The position numbers and the translations under genes were made by a program. Shown piece after piece: positions 1-9,657 of a DNA stretch of 64,000 nt. The stretch is from assembly GCF_058153355.1 (NCBI RefSeq), contig NZ_CM177019.1; one strand, given 5' to 3'. Every line of letters starts with the position of its first letter. Within the stretch, counting starts at the first letter, position 1. Below the pieces are notes generated by a model. It was not told the DNA's origin. It ran no database searches and worked only from the letters and a program-made list of their open reading frames with translations.

Positions 1-2313
1 ATGGCCGTTAAAGCCTCCGGGCGTTTTGTCCCTCCGTCAGCATTTGCTGCAGGCACCGGTAAGGCGTTTACCGGTGCTTATGCATGGAACGCGCCACGCG
101 AGGCTGTCGGGCGCGAAAGACCCCTTACACGTGACGAGATGCGTCAGGTGCAAGGTGTTTTATCCACGATTAACCGCCTGCCTTACTTTTTGCGCTCGCT
201 GTTTACTTCACGCTATGACTACATCCGGCGCAATAAAAGCCCGGTGCACGGGTTTTATTTCCTCACATCCACTTTTCAGCGTCGTTTATGGCCGCGCATT
301 GAGCGTGTGAATCAGCGCCATGAAATGAACACCGACGCGTCGTTGCTGTTTCTGGCAGAGCGTGACCACTATGCGCGCCTGCCGGGAATGAATGACAAGG
401 AGCTGAAAAAGTTTGCCGCCCGTATCTCATCACAGCTTTTCATGATGTATGAGGAACTCTGCGATGCCTGGGTGGATGCGCATGGCGAGAAAGAATCGCT
501 GTTTACGGATGAGGCGCAGGCTCACCTCTATGGTCATGTTGCTGGCGCTGCACGTGCTTTCAATATTTCCCCGCTCTACTGGAAAAAATACCGTAAAGGA
601 CAGATGACCACGAGGCAGGCATATTCTGCCATTGCCCGCCTGTTTAACGATGAGTGGTGGACTCATCAGCTTAAAGGCCAGCGTATGCGCTGGCATGAGG
701 CGTTACTGATTGCTGTCGGGGAGGTCAATAAAGACCGTTCTCCTTATGCCAGTAAACATGCCATTCGTGATGTGCGTGCGCGCCGCCAGGCAAATCTGGA
801 ATTTCTTAAATCGTGTGACCTTGAAAACAGGGAAACCGGCGAACGCATCGACCTTATCAGTAAGGTGATGGGCAGTATTTCTAATCCTGAAATTCGCCGG
901 ATGGAGCTGATGAACACCATTGCCGGTATTGAGCGTTACGCCGCCGCAGAGGGTGATGTGGGGATGTTTATCACGCTGACCGCGCCGTCAAAGTATCACC
1001 CGACACGTCAGGTCGGAAAAGGCGAAAGTAAAACCGTCCAGCTAAATCACGGCTGGAATGATGAGGCATTTAATCCAAAGGATGCTCAGCGTTATCTCTG
1101 CCGCATCTGGAGCCTGATGCGCACGGCATTCAAGGATAATGATTTACAGGCCTACGGTTTGCGAGTCGTCGAGCCACACCACGACGGAACGCCGCACTGG
1201 CATATGATGCTTTTTTGTAATCCACGCCAGCGTAACCAGATTATTGAAATCATGCGTCGCTACGCGCTCAAAGAGGATGGCGACGAAAGAGGAGCCGCGC
1301 GAAACCGTTTTCAGGCGAAACACCTTAACCGGGGCGGTGCTGCGGGGTATATCGCGAAATACATCTCAAAAAATATCGACGGATATGCACTGGATGGTCA
1401 GCTCGATAATGATACCGGCAGACCGCTGAAAGACACTGCCGCGGCTGTTACCGCATGGGCGTCAACGTGGCGCATCCCGCAATTTAAAACGGTTGGTCTG
1501 CCGACAATGGGGGCTTACCGTGAACTACGCAAATTGCCTCGCGGCGTCAGCATTGCTGATGAGTTTGACGAGCGCGTCGAGGCTGCACGCGCCGCCGCAG
1601 ACAGTGGTGATTTTGCGTTGTATATCAGCGCGCAGGGTGGGGCAAATGTCCCGCGCGATTGTCAGACTGTCAGGGTCGCCCGTAGCCCGTCGGATGACGT
1701 TAACGAGTATGAGGAAGAAGTCGAGAGAGTGGTCGGCATTTACGCGCCGCATCTCGGCGCGCGTCATATTCATATCACCAGAACGACGGACTGGCGCATT
1801 GTTCCGAAAGTGCCGGTCTTTGAGCCTTTGACTTTAAAAAGCGGCATCGCCGCGCCTCGGAGTCCTGTCAATAACTGTGGAAAGCCTGCCAGCAGTGATA
1901 CTTCGTTACCGGCTCCCACACCTTCTGAACATGCCGCAGCAGTGCTTAATCTGGTAGATGACGGTGTTATCGAATGGAGTGACCCGGAGGTTGTGAGGGC
2001 GCTCAGGGATGCATTAAAACACGGCCTGAAAACACCAAATCGTCAGCAAAGAAACGGAAGCCCGTTAAAACTACATGAAATAGCACCGTCGGCCAGACTG
2101 ACCAGGTCGGAACGAATGCAAATCACCCGTATCCGCGTTGACCTTGTTCAGAATGGTATCAGGCCTCAGCGATGGGAGCTTGAGGCGTTGGTTCGAGGAG
2201 CGAGAGTAAATTATGGTGATATGTCATTCAAATTTCCAATTGATGATCGATTTTATGATGATGTTAACTCTTTGAATTTATGGAGTATTGAGTCTCGTGT
2301 GAACTTCACATAA
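1..2313 (+). CDS. A: Phage replication initiation protein gpA (rolling-circle HUH endonuclease)
   Basis: 770-aa ORF; HxH motif (PHWHMML) and catalytic Tyr region (GYIAKYISKN); position before the A-cos cargo region as in P2. Last ~100 nt are AT-rich like the downstream cargo. Confidence 0.9.
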   Translation: MAVKASGRFVPPSAFAAGTGKAFTGAYAWNAPREAVGRERPLTRDEMRQVQGVLSTINRLPYFLRSLFTSRYDYIRRNKSPVHGFYFLTSTFQRRLWPRIERVNQRHEMNTDASLLFLAERDHYARLPGMNDKELKKFAARISSQLFMMYEELCDAWVDAHGEKESLFTDEAQAHLYGHVAGAARAFNISPLYWKKYRKGQMTTRQAYSAIARLFNDEWWTHQLKGQRMRWHEALLIAVGEVNKDRSPYASKHAIRDVRARRQANLEFLKSCDLENRETGERIDLISKVMGSISNPEIRRMELMNTIAGIERYAAAEGDVGMFITLTAPSKYHPTRQVGKGESKTVQLNHGWNDEAFNPKDAQRYLCRIWSLMRTAFKDNDLQAYGLRVVEPHHDGTPHWHMMLFCNPRQRNQIIEIMRRYALKEDGDERGAARNRFQAKHLNRGGAAGYIAKYISKNIDGYALDGQLDNDTGRPLKDTAAAVTAWASTWRIPQFKTVGLPTMGAYRELRKLPRGVSIADEFDERVEAARAAADSGDFALYISAQGGANVPRDCQTVRVARSPSDDVNEYEEEVERVVGIYAPHLGARHIHITRTTDWRIVPKVPVFEPLTLKSGIAAPRSPVNNCGKPASSDTSLPAPTPSEHAAAVLNLVDDGVIEWSDPEVVRALRDALKHGLKTPNRQQRNGSPLKLHEIAPSARLTRSERMQITRIRVDLVQNGIRPQRWELEALVRGARVNYGDMSFKFPIDDRFYDDVNSLNLWSIESRVNFT

Positions 2314-2367
2314 TATGGGGCCGTTGTAGGTGTTTGAATAATCAGACTTCAATTCAAAGGGATAATT

Positions 2368-3615
2368 ATGGTTATTTATCAAGGTGGTAAGATAATATCT
2401 GAAGATGATTTTTATTCTCATCTTTATTCGTTATGTCAGTTGGATAATGTAGGGGTTCTTTTAGGCGCGGGAGCATCGGTCGGATGTGGCGGCCAAACTA
2501 TGAAGCAGGTATGGCAGTTTTTTAAATATGAACATCCTGATCTATTGAATTTGTTACTAGAAAAATACTTATTGGTTGACAAAACTGAATCTGAACAAGA
2601 TATAGTTAATGTTGAGCTTCTAATTGATGAAGTAACTAAATTCTTGTCTGTGGCCAAAACAAGACGTAATGAAGACGAACAAAAAGAAATTAGTTTAATA
2701 TTAAGTGCTTTGTATAAACAAGTAACAAAGGCTGCATTGTTAACTGGAGAAGAGTTTGGTTGTAAAAATCAAGGGAAGAAAAAACAGTTTAAGTCTCATA
2801 AAGAATTAATTTCAAAGTTGATTTCAAATAGGCAGCCGGGACAATCGGCTCCGGCACTTTTTACTACCAACTATGATTTGGCATTAGAGTGGGCAGCTGA
2901 AGATTTAGGAATTCAGCTATTTAATGGTTTTTCAGGATTGCATACAAGACAATTTTATCCTCAAAATTTTGATTTGGCATTTAGAAATGTCAATGCAAAA
3001 GGGGAGGCTAGATTTGGTCATTATCACGCTTATCTATATAAATTGCATGGCTCTCTTACATGGTATCAGGATGATTTTTTAATAGTTAATGAGATAAGTG
3101 CATCTCAGGCATATGATAATTACATTAAAAATATTATTAATGGTGACGGTTTTTACTATGGTCAACATTTAATTTATCCGGGGGCTAATAAATATAGCCA
3201 TACAATTGGTTTTGTTTACGGTGAAATGTTTAGACGTTTTGGCGAGTTTTTGTCAAAACCTCAAACCGCTTTGTTTATTAATGGGTTTGGGTTTGGTGAT
3301 TATCATATAAACAGAATTGTTTTTGGTGCTTTGTTAAATCCGTCATTTCATGTTGTTATTTATTACCCTGATCTGGAGAATGCTTTAGATAAAGTTAGTA
3401 GAGGCGTTGCTTCTGAAGGTGAAAAGGCAATTGATGCTTTAAAAAATATGCAATTCAATCAAGTGACTATCGTGGGTGGGGGGGCAGATGCTTACTTTGA
3501 TAGTTTTGTGAAACATCTTCCTTATCCGGTGTTGTTCCCAAGAGAAAATACTGTTGATGACTTGGTTGAAGCTATTTCTAAATTGTCTAAAGGGGAAGGG
3601 AATGTCGCATTTTAA
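2368..3615 (+). CDS. SIR2-family (sirtuin-like, putative NAD+-consuming) protein, candidate defense effector
   Basis: 415 aa, AT-rich gene. Gly-rich dinucleotide-binding-like motif GAGASVGCGG (nt 2464-2493), TTNYD motif (nt 2863-2877), LHGS with candidate catalytic His (nt 3046-3048), matching SIR2_2-type signatures from memory. SD-like aagggataatt upstream. Confidence 0.7.
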   Translation: MVIYQGGKIISEDDFYSHLYSLCQLDNVGVLLGAGASVGCGGQTMKQVWQFFKYEHPDLLNLLLEKYLLVDKTESEQDIVNVELLIDEVTKFLSVAKTRRNEDEQKEISLILSALYKQVTKAALLTGEEFGCKNQGKKKQFKSHKELISKLISNRQPGQSAPALFTTNYDLALEWAAEDLGIQLFNGFSGLHTRQFYPQNFDLAFRNVNAKGEARFGHYHAYLYKLHGSLTWYQDDFLIVNEISASQAYDNYIKNIINGDGFYYGQHLIYPGANKYSHTIGFVYGEMFRRFGEFLSKPQTALFINGFGFGDYHINRIVFGALLNPSFHVVIYYPDLENALDKVSRGVASEGEKAIDALKNMQFNQVTIVGGGADAYFDSFVKHLPYPVLFPRENTVDDLVEAISKLSKGEGNVAF

Positions 3616-5422
3616 ACTATCTGAATTATCTGCTATTGGGTATGTCGTTGGTCTGGAGGGCGAAAAAATAAGGATAAATCTTCATGAAGGATTGCAAGGT
3701 AGGCTCGCCTCTCATAGGGATGGTGTTAGTTCTGTTACTCAGCCTGGAGATTTGATCGGTTTTGATGCCGGAAATATTCTGGTTGTGGCTCGAGTTACAG
3801 ATATGGCATTTGTCGAGGCTGATAAAGCACATAAGGCAAAAATAGGTACATCAGATATAGCAGATATGCCGTTAAGGCAAATAATAGCCTATGCAATAGG
3901 TTTTATTAGACGAGATATAGATGGATGTGTGTTTGTTTCGGAAGACTGGAGGTTACCTGCTCTGGGAGCATCCGCTGTCCCGTTAACATCTGATTTTTTA
4001 AATATCGTATATAGTATTGATAAAAATGATCTGGATAAAGCAATTGAGTTAGGAATAGATTCGAGGACTAAATCAGTTAAAATTTTAGCTAGCATTGATA
4101 AATTACTAACCAGGCATATGGCTGTTTTGGGCAGTACTGGATATGGTAAATCTAATTTTAATGCTTTACTTACACGCCGCATTTCAGAACAGTACCCTAA
4201 TGCAAGAATAGTAATTTTTGATATTAATGGCGAGTATTCTCAGGCTTTTGAAGGTGTTGCTAATGTTAAACATACTATTTTAGGTGAGTTACCAAAAGGA
4301 GAGTTTCCAAAACCACCTCTACAGAAAGGAGATATATTTTCTGAGAATGAACATTACTACTATAGAAAAATACCTTATCAAGCATTGGGATTTGCTGGGT
4401 TGATAAAATTACTACGCCCTAGTGATAAGACACAATTACCTGCATTAAGAAATGCGCTTAATGCTATAAATAGTGTTCATTTTTCCGATGATTCATTCTT
4501 TCTTAAGGATGAAGTAGGGGGCGTATTTAATATTTTTGATGATTGTAGAGATGAAGGGCAAGAGCTTTTATCTGCGTGGTTGAGTTTCTTAAGAAGAGGG
4601 ATGCTGTGTAAGGCAAATAAATGGCCGCCGTTTAAAAGTATTGCTAACTTGGTTGCGGAGTTTGGTTGCGTGGCGGCGGATTCGCGAAAAGCTGGATCTA
4701 GTAAACGAGATGCTTTTAGCTATGGTAATGTTCTGCCATTGATTAAGATAATTCAACAGTTATCAGAGGATTCTAGATTCAAGTATGTTGTTGATTTAAA
4801 TGGAGGTGGTGAATTATTAAGTGATGGCAAACATTGGGAATTAGCTATGAGACAGGAAGTTGATTATTTCTTTGGTAAAGAAAAGGGAGAGGAGAATGAC
4901 TGGAATATTCATATTGTTAATTTTAAGCATCTTTCACAAGATCATGCTCCAATGCTGTTAAGTGCATTATTAGAAATGTTTGCTGAAGTTCTCTTTCTTA
5001 GGGGGCAAAACAAAGCTTTTCCAACCGTGTTACTTCTTGAAGAGGCGCACCACTATTTAAGAGATCCTTATTCTGAAGTTGATGCACAAATTAAAGCTTA
5101 TGAAAGACTTGCTAAAGAAGGGCGTAAATTTAAATGTTCACTTATTGTGAGCACACAACGACCATCAGAGCTTTCATCAACAGTATTAGCAATGTGTGCA
5201 AATTGGTTTTCGTTGCGCCTGACAAATGAGCGTGATTTGCAGACTTTACGGTATGCGATGGAAAGTGGAAATGAGTTAATGATTCGGCAGATTTCTGGGC
5301 TTCCAAGAGGAGATGCAATAGCGTTTGGTGCTGCTTTTAATATACCCGTAAGAATTTCAATTCACCCTGCTGTACCCGGTCCGAGATCGTCTGACGCAAG
5401 TTATTCTCAAGAATGGCGATAA
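3602..5422 (+). CDS. HerA/FtsK-like P-loop ATPase, partner of the SIR2 protein
   Basis: About 606 aa from the ATG at 3602 (SD aggggaaggg just upstream; the track ORF starts at 3554). Walker A GSTGYGKS (nt 4130-4153), Walker B-like VLLLEEAHHY (about nt 5029-5058), STQRPSEL motif typical of HerA/VirB4-class ATPases. Start overlaps the SIR2 stop by 14 nt. Confidence 0.7.
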   Translation: MSHFKLSELSAIGYVVGLEGEKIRINLHEGLQGRLASHRDGVSSVTQPGDLIGFDAGNILVVARVTDMAFVEADKAHKAKIGTSDIADMPLRQIIAYAIGFIRRDIDGCVFVSEDWRLPALGASAVPLTSDFLNIVYSIDKNDLDKAIELGIDSRTKSVKILASIDKLLTRHMAVLGSTGYGKSNFNALLTRRISEQYPNARIVIFDINGEYSQAFEGVANVKHTILGELPKGEFPKPPLQKGDIFSENEHYYYRKIPYQALGFAGLIKLLRPSDKTQLPALRNALNAINSVHFSDDSFFLKDEVGGVFNIFDDCRDEGQELLSAWLSFLRRGMLCKANKWPPFKSIANLVAEFGCVAADSRKAGSSKRDAFSYGNVLPLIKIIQQLSEDSRFKYVVDLNGGGELLSDGKHWELAMRQEVDYFFGKEKGEENDWNIHIVNFKHLSQDHAPMLLSALLEMFAEVLFLRGQNKAFPTVLLLEEAHHYLRDPYSEVDAQIKAYERLAKEGRKFKCSLIVSTQRPSELSSTVLAMCANWFSLRLTNERDLQTLRYAMESGNELMIRQISGLPRGDAIAFGAAFNIPVRISIHPAVPGPRSSDASYSQEWR

Positions 5423-5576
5423 TCTTGTGGGAGAATGTAATAGGATAACGATAAGTGCATCTATCTGCATTAATTCGAATAAGGTTGAGAGGAGTTCAAA
5501 AACAAATTTAGACCGGCATTAGAGTGATTTAGATAGACATATGCAACTGCATTAAAACCGCCCCATGAAGCGGGCG

Positions 5577-5595
5577 GGCGAGGCGGGGAAAGCAC
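5577..5595. other. cos: Phage cos site (19-nt cohesive-end sequence)
   Basis: ggcgaggcggggaaagcac matches the P2 cohesive end as I recall it; lies next to the Q/P packaging genes as expected. Confidence 0.6.
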
Positions 5596-5737
5596 TGCGC
5601 GCTGGCGGTGGTGCTGATTTTATTTTTTCAGCGTCTGAGCGCGTCGTGATGGCGTTTAGATTGTTAGCCGGGGCGTTGGTGTGTCTGCGGGCTGTTTTGT
5701 GCGGTGGTGAGCGTGTGAGGGCGTGATGGCGGGGTGT

Positions 5738-5759
5738 AAAAAAGCCGCCCGCAGGCGGC
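5738..5759 (-). terminator. Rho-independent terminator downstream of Q
   Basis: On the minus strand: GC hairpin gccgcc-tgcg-ggcggc followed by a T-run, just past the Q stop. Confidence 0.55.
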
Positions 5760-5764
5760 GATGT

Positions 5765-6799
5765 TCAGCCGTTGTCAGTGTCCAGTGAGTAGTTTTTAAA
5801 GCGGATGACCTCCTGACCGAGCCAGCCGTTTATCTCGCGGATCCTGTCCTGTAACGGGATAAGCTCATTGCGGACAAAGACCTTTGCCACTTTCTCAATA
5901 TCACCCAGCGACCCGACGTTCTCCGGCTTGCCGCCCATCAACTGAAAGGGGATGCGGTGCGCGTCCAGCAGGTCAGCGGCGCTGGCTTTTTTGATATTAA
6001 AAAAATCGTCCTTCGTTGCCACTTCACTGAGCGGGATAATTTTAATGCCGTCAGCTTTCCCCTGCGGGGCATAGAGAAACAGGTTTTTAAAGTTGTTGCG
6101 GCCTTTCGACTTCACCATGTTTTCGCGAAGCATTTCGATATCGTTGCGATCCTGCACGGCATCGGTAACGTACATGATGTATCCGGCATGAGCGCCGTTT
6201 TCGTAATACTTGCGGCGGAACAGCGTGGCTGACTCATTCAGCCAGGCAGAGTTAAGGGCGCTGAGATATTCCGGCAGGCCGTACAGCTCCTGATTAATAT
6301 CCGGCTCCAGCAGATGAAACACGGAGCCAGGTGCGAAGGCTGTCGGCTCGTTGAAGGAAGGCACCCACCAGTAAACATCCTCCTCCACGCCACGGCGGGT
6401 ATATTTTGCCGGTGAGGTTTCCAGTCTGATGACCTTGCCGGTGGTGCTGTAACGCTTTTCCAGAAACGCATTGCCGAACACCAGAAAATCCAGCACAAAG
6501 CGGCTGAAATCCTGCTGGGAAAGCCACGGATGCGGGATAAATGTCGAGGCCAGAATATTGCGTTTGACGTAAATCGGGGAGCTGTGATGCACGGCAGCAC
6601 GCAGGCTTTTTGCCAGACCGGTAAAGCTGATTGGTGGCTCATACCATCTGCCGTTACTGATGCATTCGACGTAATCCAGAATGTCACGGCGGTCGAGTAC
6701 CGGCACCGGCTCACCAAAGGTGAATGCCTCCATTTTCGGGGCGCTGGCGGTCATTTTTTTTGCCGCAGGTTGCGGTGTTTTCCCTTTTTTCTTGCTCAT
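5765..6799 (-). CDS. Q: Portal protein gpQ
   Basis: 344 aa (P2 Q size); adjacent to cos; start overlaps the P stop (ATGA). Confidence 0.9.
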   Translation of the reverse strand: MSKKKGKTPQPAAKKMTASAPKMEAFTFGEPVPVLDRRDILDYVECISNGRWYEPPISFTGLAKSLRAAVHHSSPIYVKRNILASTFIPHPWLSQQDFSRFVLDFLVFGNAFLEKRYSTTGKVIRLETSPAKYTRRGVEEDVYWWVPSFNEPTAFAPGSVFHLLEPDINQELYGLPEYLSALNSAWLNESATLFRRKYYENGAHAGYIMYVTDAVQDRNDIEMLRENMVKSKGRNNFKNLFLYAPQGKADGIKIIPLSEVATKDDFFNIKKASAADLLDAHRIPFQLMGGKPENVGSLGDIEKVAKVFVRNELIPLQDRIREINGWLGQEVIRFKNYSLDTDNG

Positions 6800-8571
6800 C
6801 AGTAAAACTCCAGAATGGTGGATGTCAGCGGGGTGCTGATACCGGCGGTGAGTGGCTCATTTAACAGGGCGTGCATGGTCGCCCAGGCGAGGTCGGCGTG
6901 GCTGGCTTCCTCGCTGCGGCTGGCCTCATAGGTGGCGCTGCGCCCGCTGCTGGTCATGGTCTTGCGGATAGCCATAAACGAGCTGGTGATGTCGGTGGCG
7001 CTGACGTCGTATTCCAGACAGCCACGGCGGATAACGTCTTTTGCCTTGAGCACCATTGCGGTTTTCATTTCCGGTGTGTAGCGGATATCGCGCGCGGCGG
7101 GATAGAACGAGCGCACGAGCTGGAACACGCCGACACCGAGGCCGGTGGCATCAATACCGATGTATTCGACGTTGTATTTTTCGGTGAGTTTGCGGATGGA
7201 TTCTGCCTGAGTGGCAAAGTCCATGCCTTTCCACTGGTGACGCTCAAGGATCCTGAATTTGCCACCGGCCACCACCGGCGGTGCCAGCACCACGCATCCG
7301 GCGCTGTCGCCACGGTGTGACGGGTCGTAACCAATCCATACCGGACGTGAGCCGAACGGATTGGCGGCAAACGGCGCATAGTCTTCCCATTCTTCCAGCG
7401 TGTCGATCATGCAGCGTTGCAGCTCCTCGAACGGGAACACCGACGCCTTGTCGTCAACAAATTCACACATGAACAGGTTTTTAAAATCGTCGGCGCTGTT
7501 TTCGCGTTTGAGCTGCTCAATGTCGAACAGCGTGCAGCCGCCTTTCAGGGCGTCCTCAATGGTGACAATCTGCCGCCACTGGCCGTCCGCACAGAGAAGC
7601 CCACCGGCAAGGGCGTTATGACTGACGTCGATTTCCACGCGTTCAGCGGCGCTGGCGCGTCCCCGGTTAAACAGTTCACCCGACCAGAACGGGTAGGCGT
7701 CGTGCGCCAGCGTGGACGGGGTGGAGAAATAGGTCGAGCGCAGGTGACTCTGTGAGGCCATACCTGATGCCACCTTACGCAGTACCTGAAAATTCGGGAT
7801 CCAGAAAATCTCGTCGACGTACAGGTCGCCGTTATGGCTCTGTGCGGTGTTGGAGTTGGTGCCGAGAAAAATCAGTTTTGCGCCGTTATTGCCCAGGACA
7901 ATCGGGTCACCGGTCAGGTCAACGTCAACCAGCCGGGCAAAGGCGATGATGTATTCACGGAACACATACGCCTGCGTTTTACTGGCCGACAGAAAAATCT
8001 GGTTATGACCGGTTTTCAGGGCGCGCAGCAGCGCCTCGCGGGAAAAATAAAACGTCGCGCCAATCTGGCGGGATTTCAGGATATCGCGGATGCGGTGCTC
8101 AAGCCCGGCGCGATACCAGTGCAACTGATATTCGAAAGACTGCTCAAAGAAAATCTGCTCCAGCTTTTCGATGGCCTCGTCACTGAAAAAATTCTTTTTC
8201 GGTTTGCGACGCCCGCCTTTGTTGCGGTTAGCGACGTTCGGATTAAGGTCTGCCTCGTTGCCGGTCTGACTGTAACGGTTGACCCGTGCCAGTCGTTCAA
8301 TCTGGCGTCCGAGCAGGTCAATTTCCTTGAAGTCACCGCCGGTTTTCTGCGGTTTGATGATGAGCTGGGTCAGCCGCGCTTCCAGACTCATTTCGACACG
8401 GCTGATGGGGGCAACGCTGTCCCAGCCGTCGCGCTGTTTCCAGCTCTGCACCGTCGGGCGTTTCATCTGCAACATGGCGGCAATCTGCGGCACGGAAAAC
8501 CCCTGCCAGTACAGCAGCGCCGCCTGACGACGCGGGTCGTGTAAAAGAGTGGTGTCTGTGGTGATGGTCAT
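6799..8571 (-). CDS. P: Terminase large subunit (ATPase) gpP
   Basis: About 590 aa from the ATG at 8571 (SD gaggt); P2 synteny, divergent from O. Confidence 0.88.
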   Translation of the reverse strand: MTITTDTTLLHDPRRQAALLYWQGFSVPQIAAMLQMKRPTVQSWKQRDGWDSVAPISRVEMSLEARLTQLIIKPQKTGGDFKEIDLLGRQIERLARVNRYSQTGNEADLNPNVANRNKGGRRKPKKNFFSDEAIEKLEQIFFEQSFEYQLHWYRAGLEHRIRDILKSRQIGATFYFSREALLRALKTGHNQIFLSASKTQAYVFREYIIAFARLVDVDLTGDPIVLGNNGAKLIFLGTNSNTAQSHNGDLYVDEIFWIPNFQVLRKVASGMASQSHLRSTYFSTPSTLAHDAYPFWSGELFNRGRASAAERVEIDVSHNALAGGLLCADGQWRQIVTIEDALKGGCTLFDIEQLKRENSADDFKNLFMCEFVDDKASVFPFEELQRCMIDTLEEWEDYAPFAANPFGSRPVWIGYDPSHRGDSAGCVVLAPPVVAGGKFRILERHQWKGMDFATQAESIRKLTEKYNVEYIGIDATGLGVGVFQLVRSFYPAARDIRYTPEMKTAMVLKAKDVIRRGCLEYDVSATDITSSFMAIRKTMTSSGRSATYEASRSEEASHADLAWATMHALLNEPLTAGISTPLTSTILEFY

Positions 8572-8744
8572 GAATACCTCGCCGTGATGAATACACGGCA
8601 AGGCTACTGAGTCGCGCCCCGCGATTCGCTAAGGTGCTGTTGTGTCAGTGATAAGCCATCCGGGACTGATGGCGGAGGATGCGCATCGTCGGGAAACTGA
8701 TGCCGACATGTGACTCCTCTAATCACTATTCAGGACTCCTGACA

Positions 8745-9599
8745 ATGGCAAAAAAAGCATCAAAATTCTTTCGTATCGGCGTTGAGGGTGACACCTGTGA
8801 CGGGCGTGTCATCAGTGCGCAGGATATTCAGGAAATGGCCGAAACCTTTGACCCGCGAGTCTATGGTTGCCGCATTAACCTGGAACATCTGCGCGGCATC
8901 CTGCCTGACGGTATTTTTAAGCGTTATGGTGATGTGGTCGAACTGAAGGCCGAAAAGATTGACGATGATTCGGCGCTGAAAGGCAAATGGGCGCTGTTTG
9001 CGAAAATCACCCCGACCGATGACCTTATCGCGATGAACAAGGCCGCGCAGAAGGTCTATACCTCAATGGAAATTCAGCCGAACTTTGCCAATACAGGCAA
9101 ATGTTATCTGGTGGGTCTGGCCGTCACCGATGACCCGGCAAGCCTCGGCACGGAATACCTGGAATTCTGCCGCACGGCAAAACACAACCCTCTGAACCGC
9201 TTCAAATTAAGCCCTGAAAACCTGATTTCAGTGGCAACGCCTGTTGAGCTGGAATTTGAAGACCTGCCTGAAACCGTGTTCACAGCCCTGACCGAAAAGG
9301 TGAAATCCATTTTTGGCCGCAAACAGGCCAGCGATGACGCCCGTCTGAATGACGTGCATGAAGCGGTGACCGCTGTCGCTGAGCATGTGCAGGAAAAACT
9401 GAGCGCCACTGAGCAGCGCCTTGCTGAGATGGAAACCGCCTTTTCCGCACTTAAGCAGGATGTGACTGACAGGGCGGATGAAACCAGTCAGGCATTCACC
9501 CGCCTGAAAAACAGTCTCGACCACACCGAAAGTCTGACCCAGCAGCGCCGCAGCAAAGCCACCGGCGGTGGCGGTGACGCCCTGATGACGAACTGCTGA
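8745..9599 (+). CDS. O: Capsid scaffold protein gpO
   Basis: 284 aa from MAKKASKFF (track ORF starts at 8679); P2 size and position. Confidence 0.85.
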   Translation: MAKKASKFFRIGVEGDTCDGRVISAQDIQEMAETFDPRVYGCRINLEHLRGILPDGIFKRYGDVVELKAEKIDDDSALKGKWALFAKITPTDDLIAMNKAAQKVYTSMEIQPNFANTGKCYLVGLAVTDDPASLGTEYLEFCRTAKHNPLNRFKLSPENLISVATPVELEFEDLPETVFTALTEKVKSIFGRKQASDDARLNDVHEAVTAVAEHVQEKLSATEQRLAEMETAFSALKQDVTDRADETSQAFTRLKNSLDHTESLTQQRRSKATGGGGDALMTNC

Positions 9600-9657
9600 C
9601 CGGCGTCAGTCAGTCCGGGAAAACCTTCACGATTAACTCTTAATTTCAGGAAAAACT

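Noticed and set aside
26-1831. Short ORFs in alternative frames within gene A (26-310, 430-696, 1244-1429, 1493-1831)
   Set aside because: All nested inside the gpA reading frame, which has clear HUH-endonuclease motifs; no independent signals.
3554-3601. Upstream ATG at 3554 as start of the HerA-like gene
   Set aside because: The ATG at 3602 is preceded by a strong SD (aggggaaggg) and gives tight coupling to the SIR2 stop; 3554 has no comparable RBS. The longer form cannot be fully excluded.
8602-8744. Ogr-dependent late promoters (TGT-N12-ACA dyad) in the P/O divergent region, upstream of V (14946-15011) and upstream of FI (21297-21394)
   Set aside because: Late promoters are expected at these positions by P2 synteny, but I could not find a clean TGT-N12-ACA match by eye (best near-match is TGT-N12-ACC upstream of V), so no coordinates are claimed.
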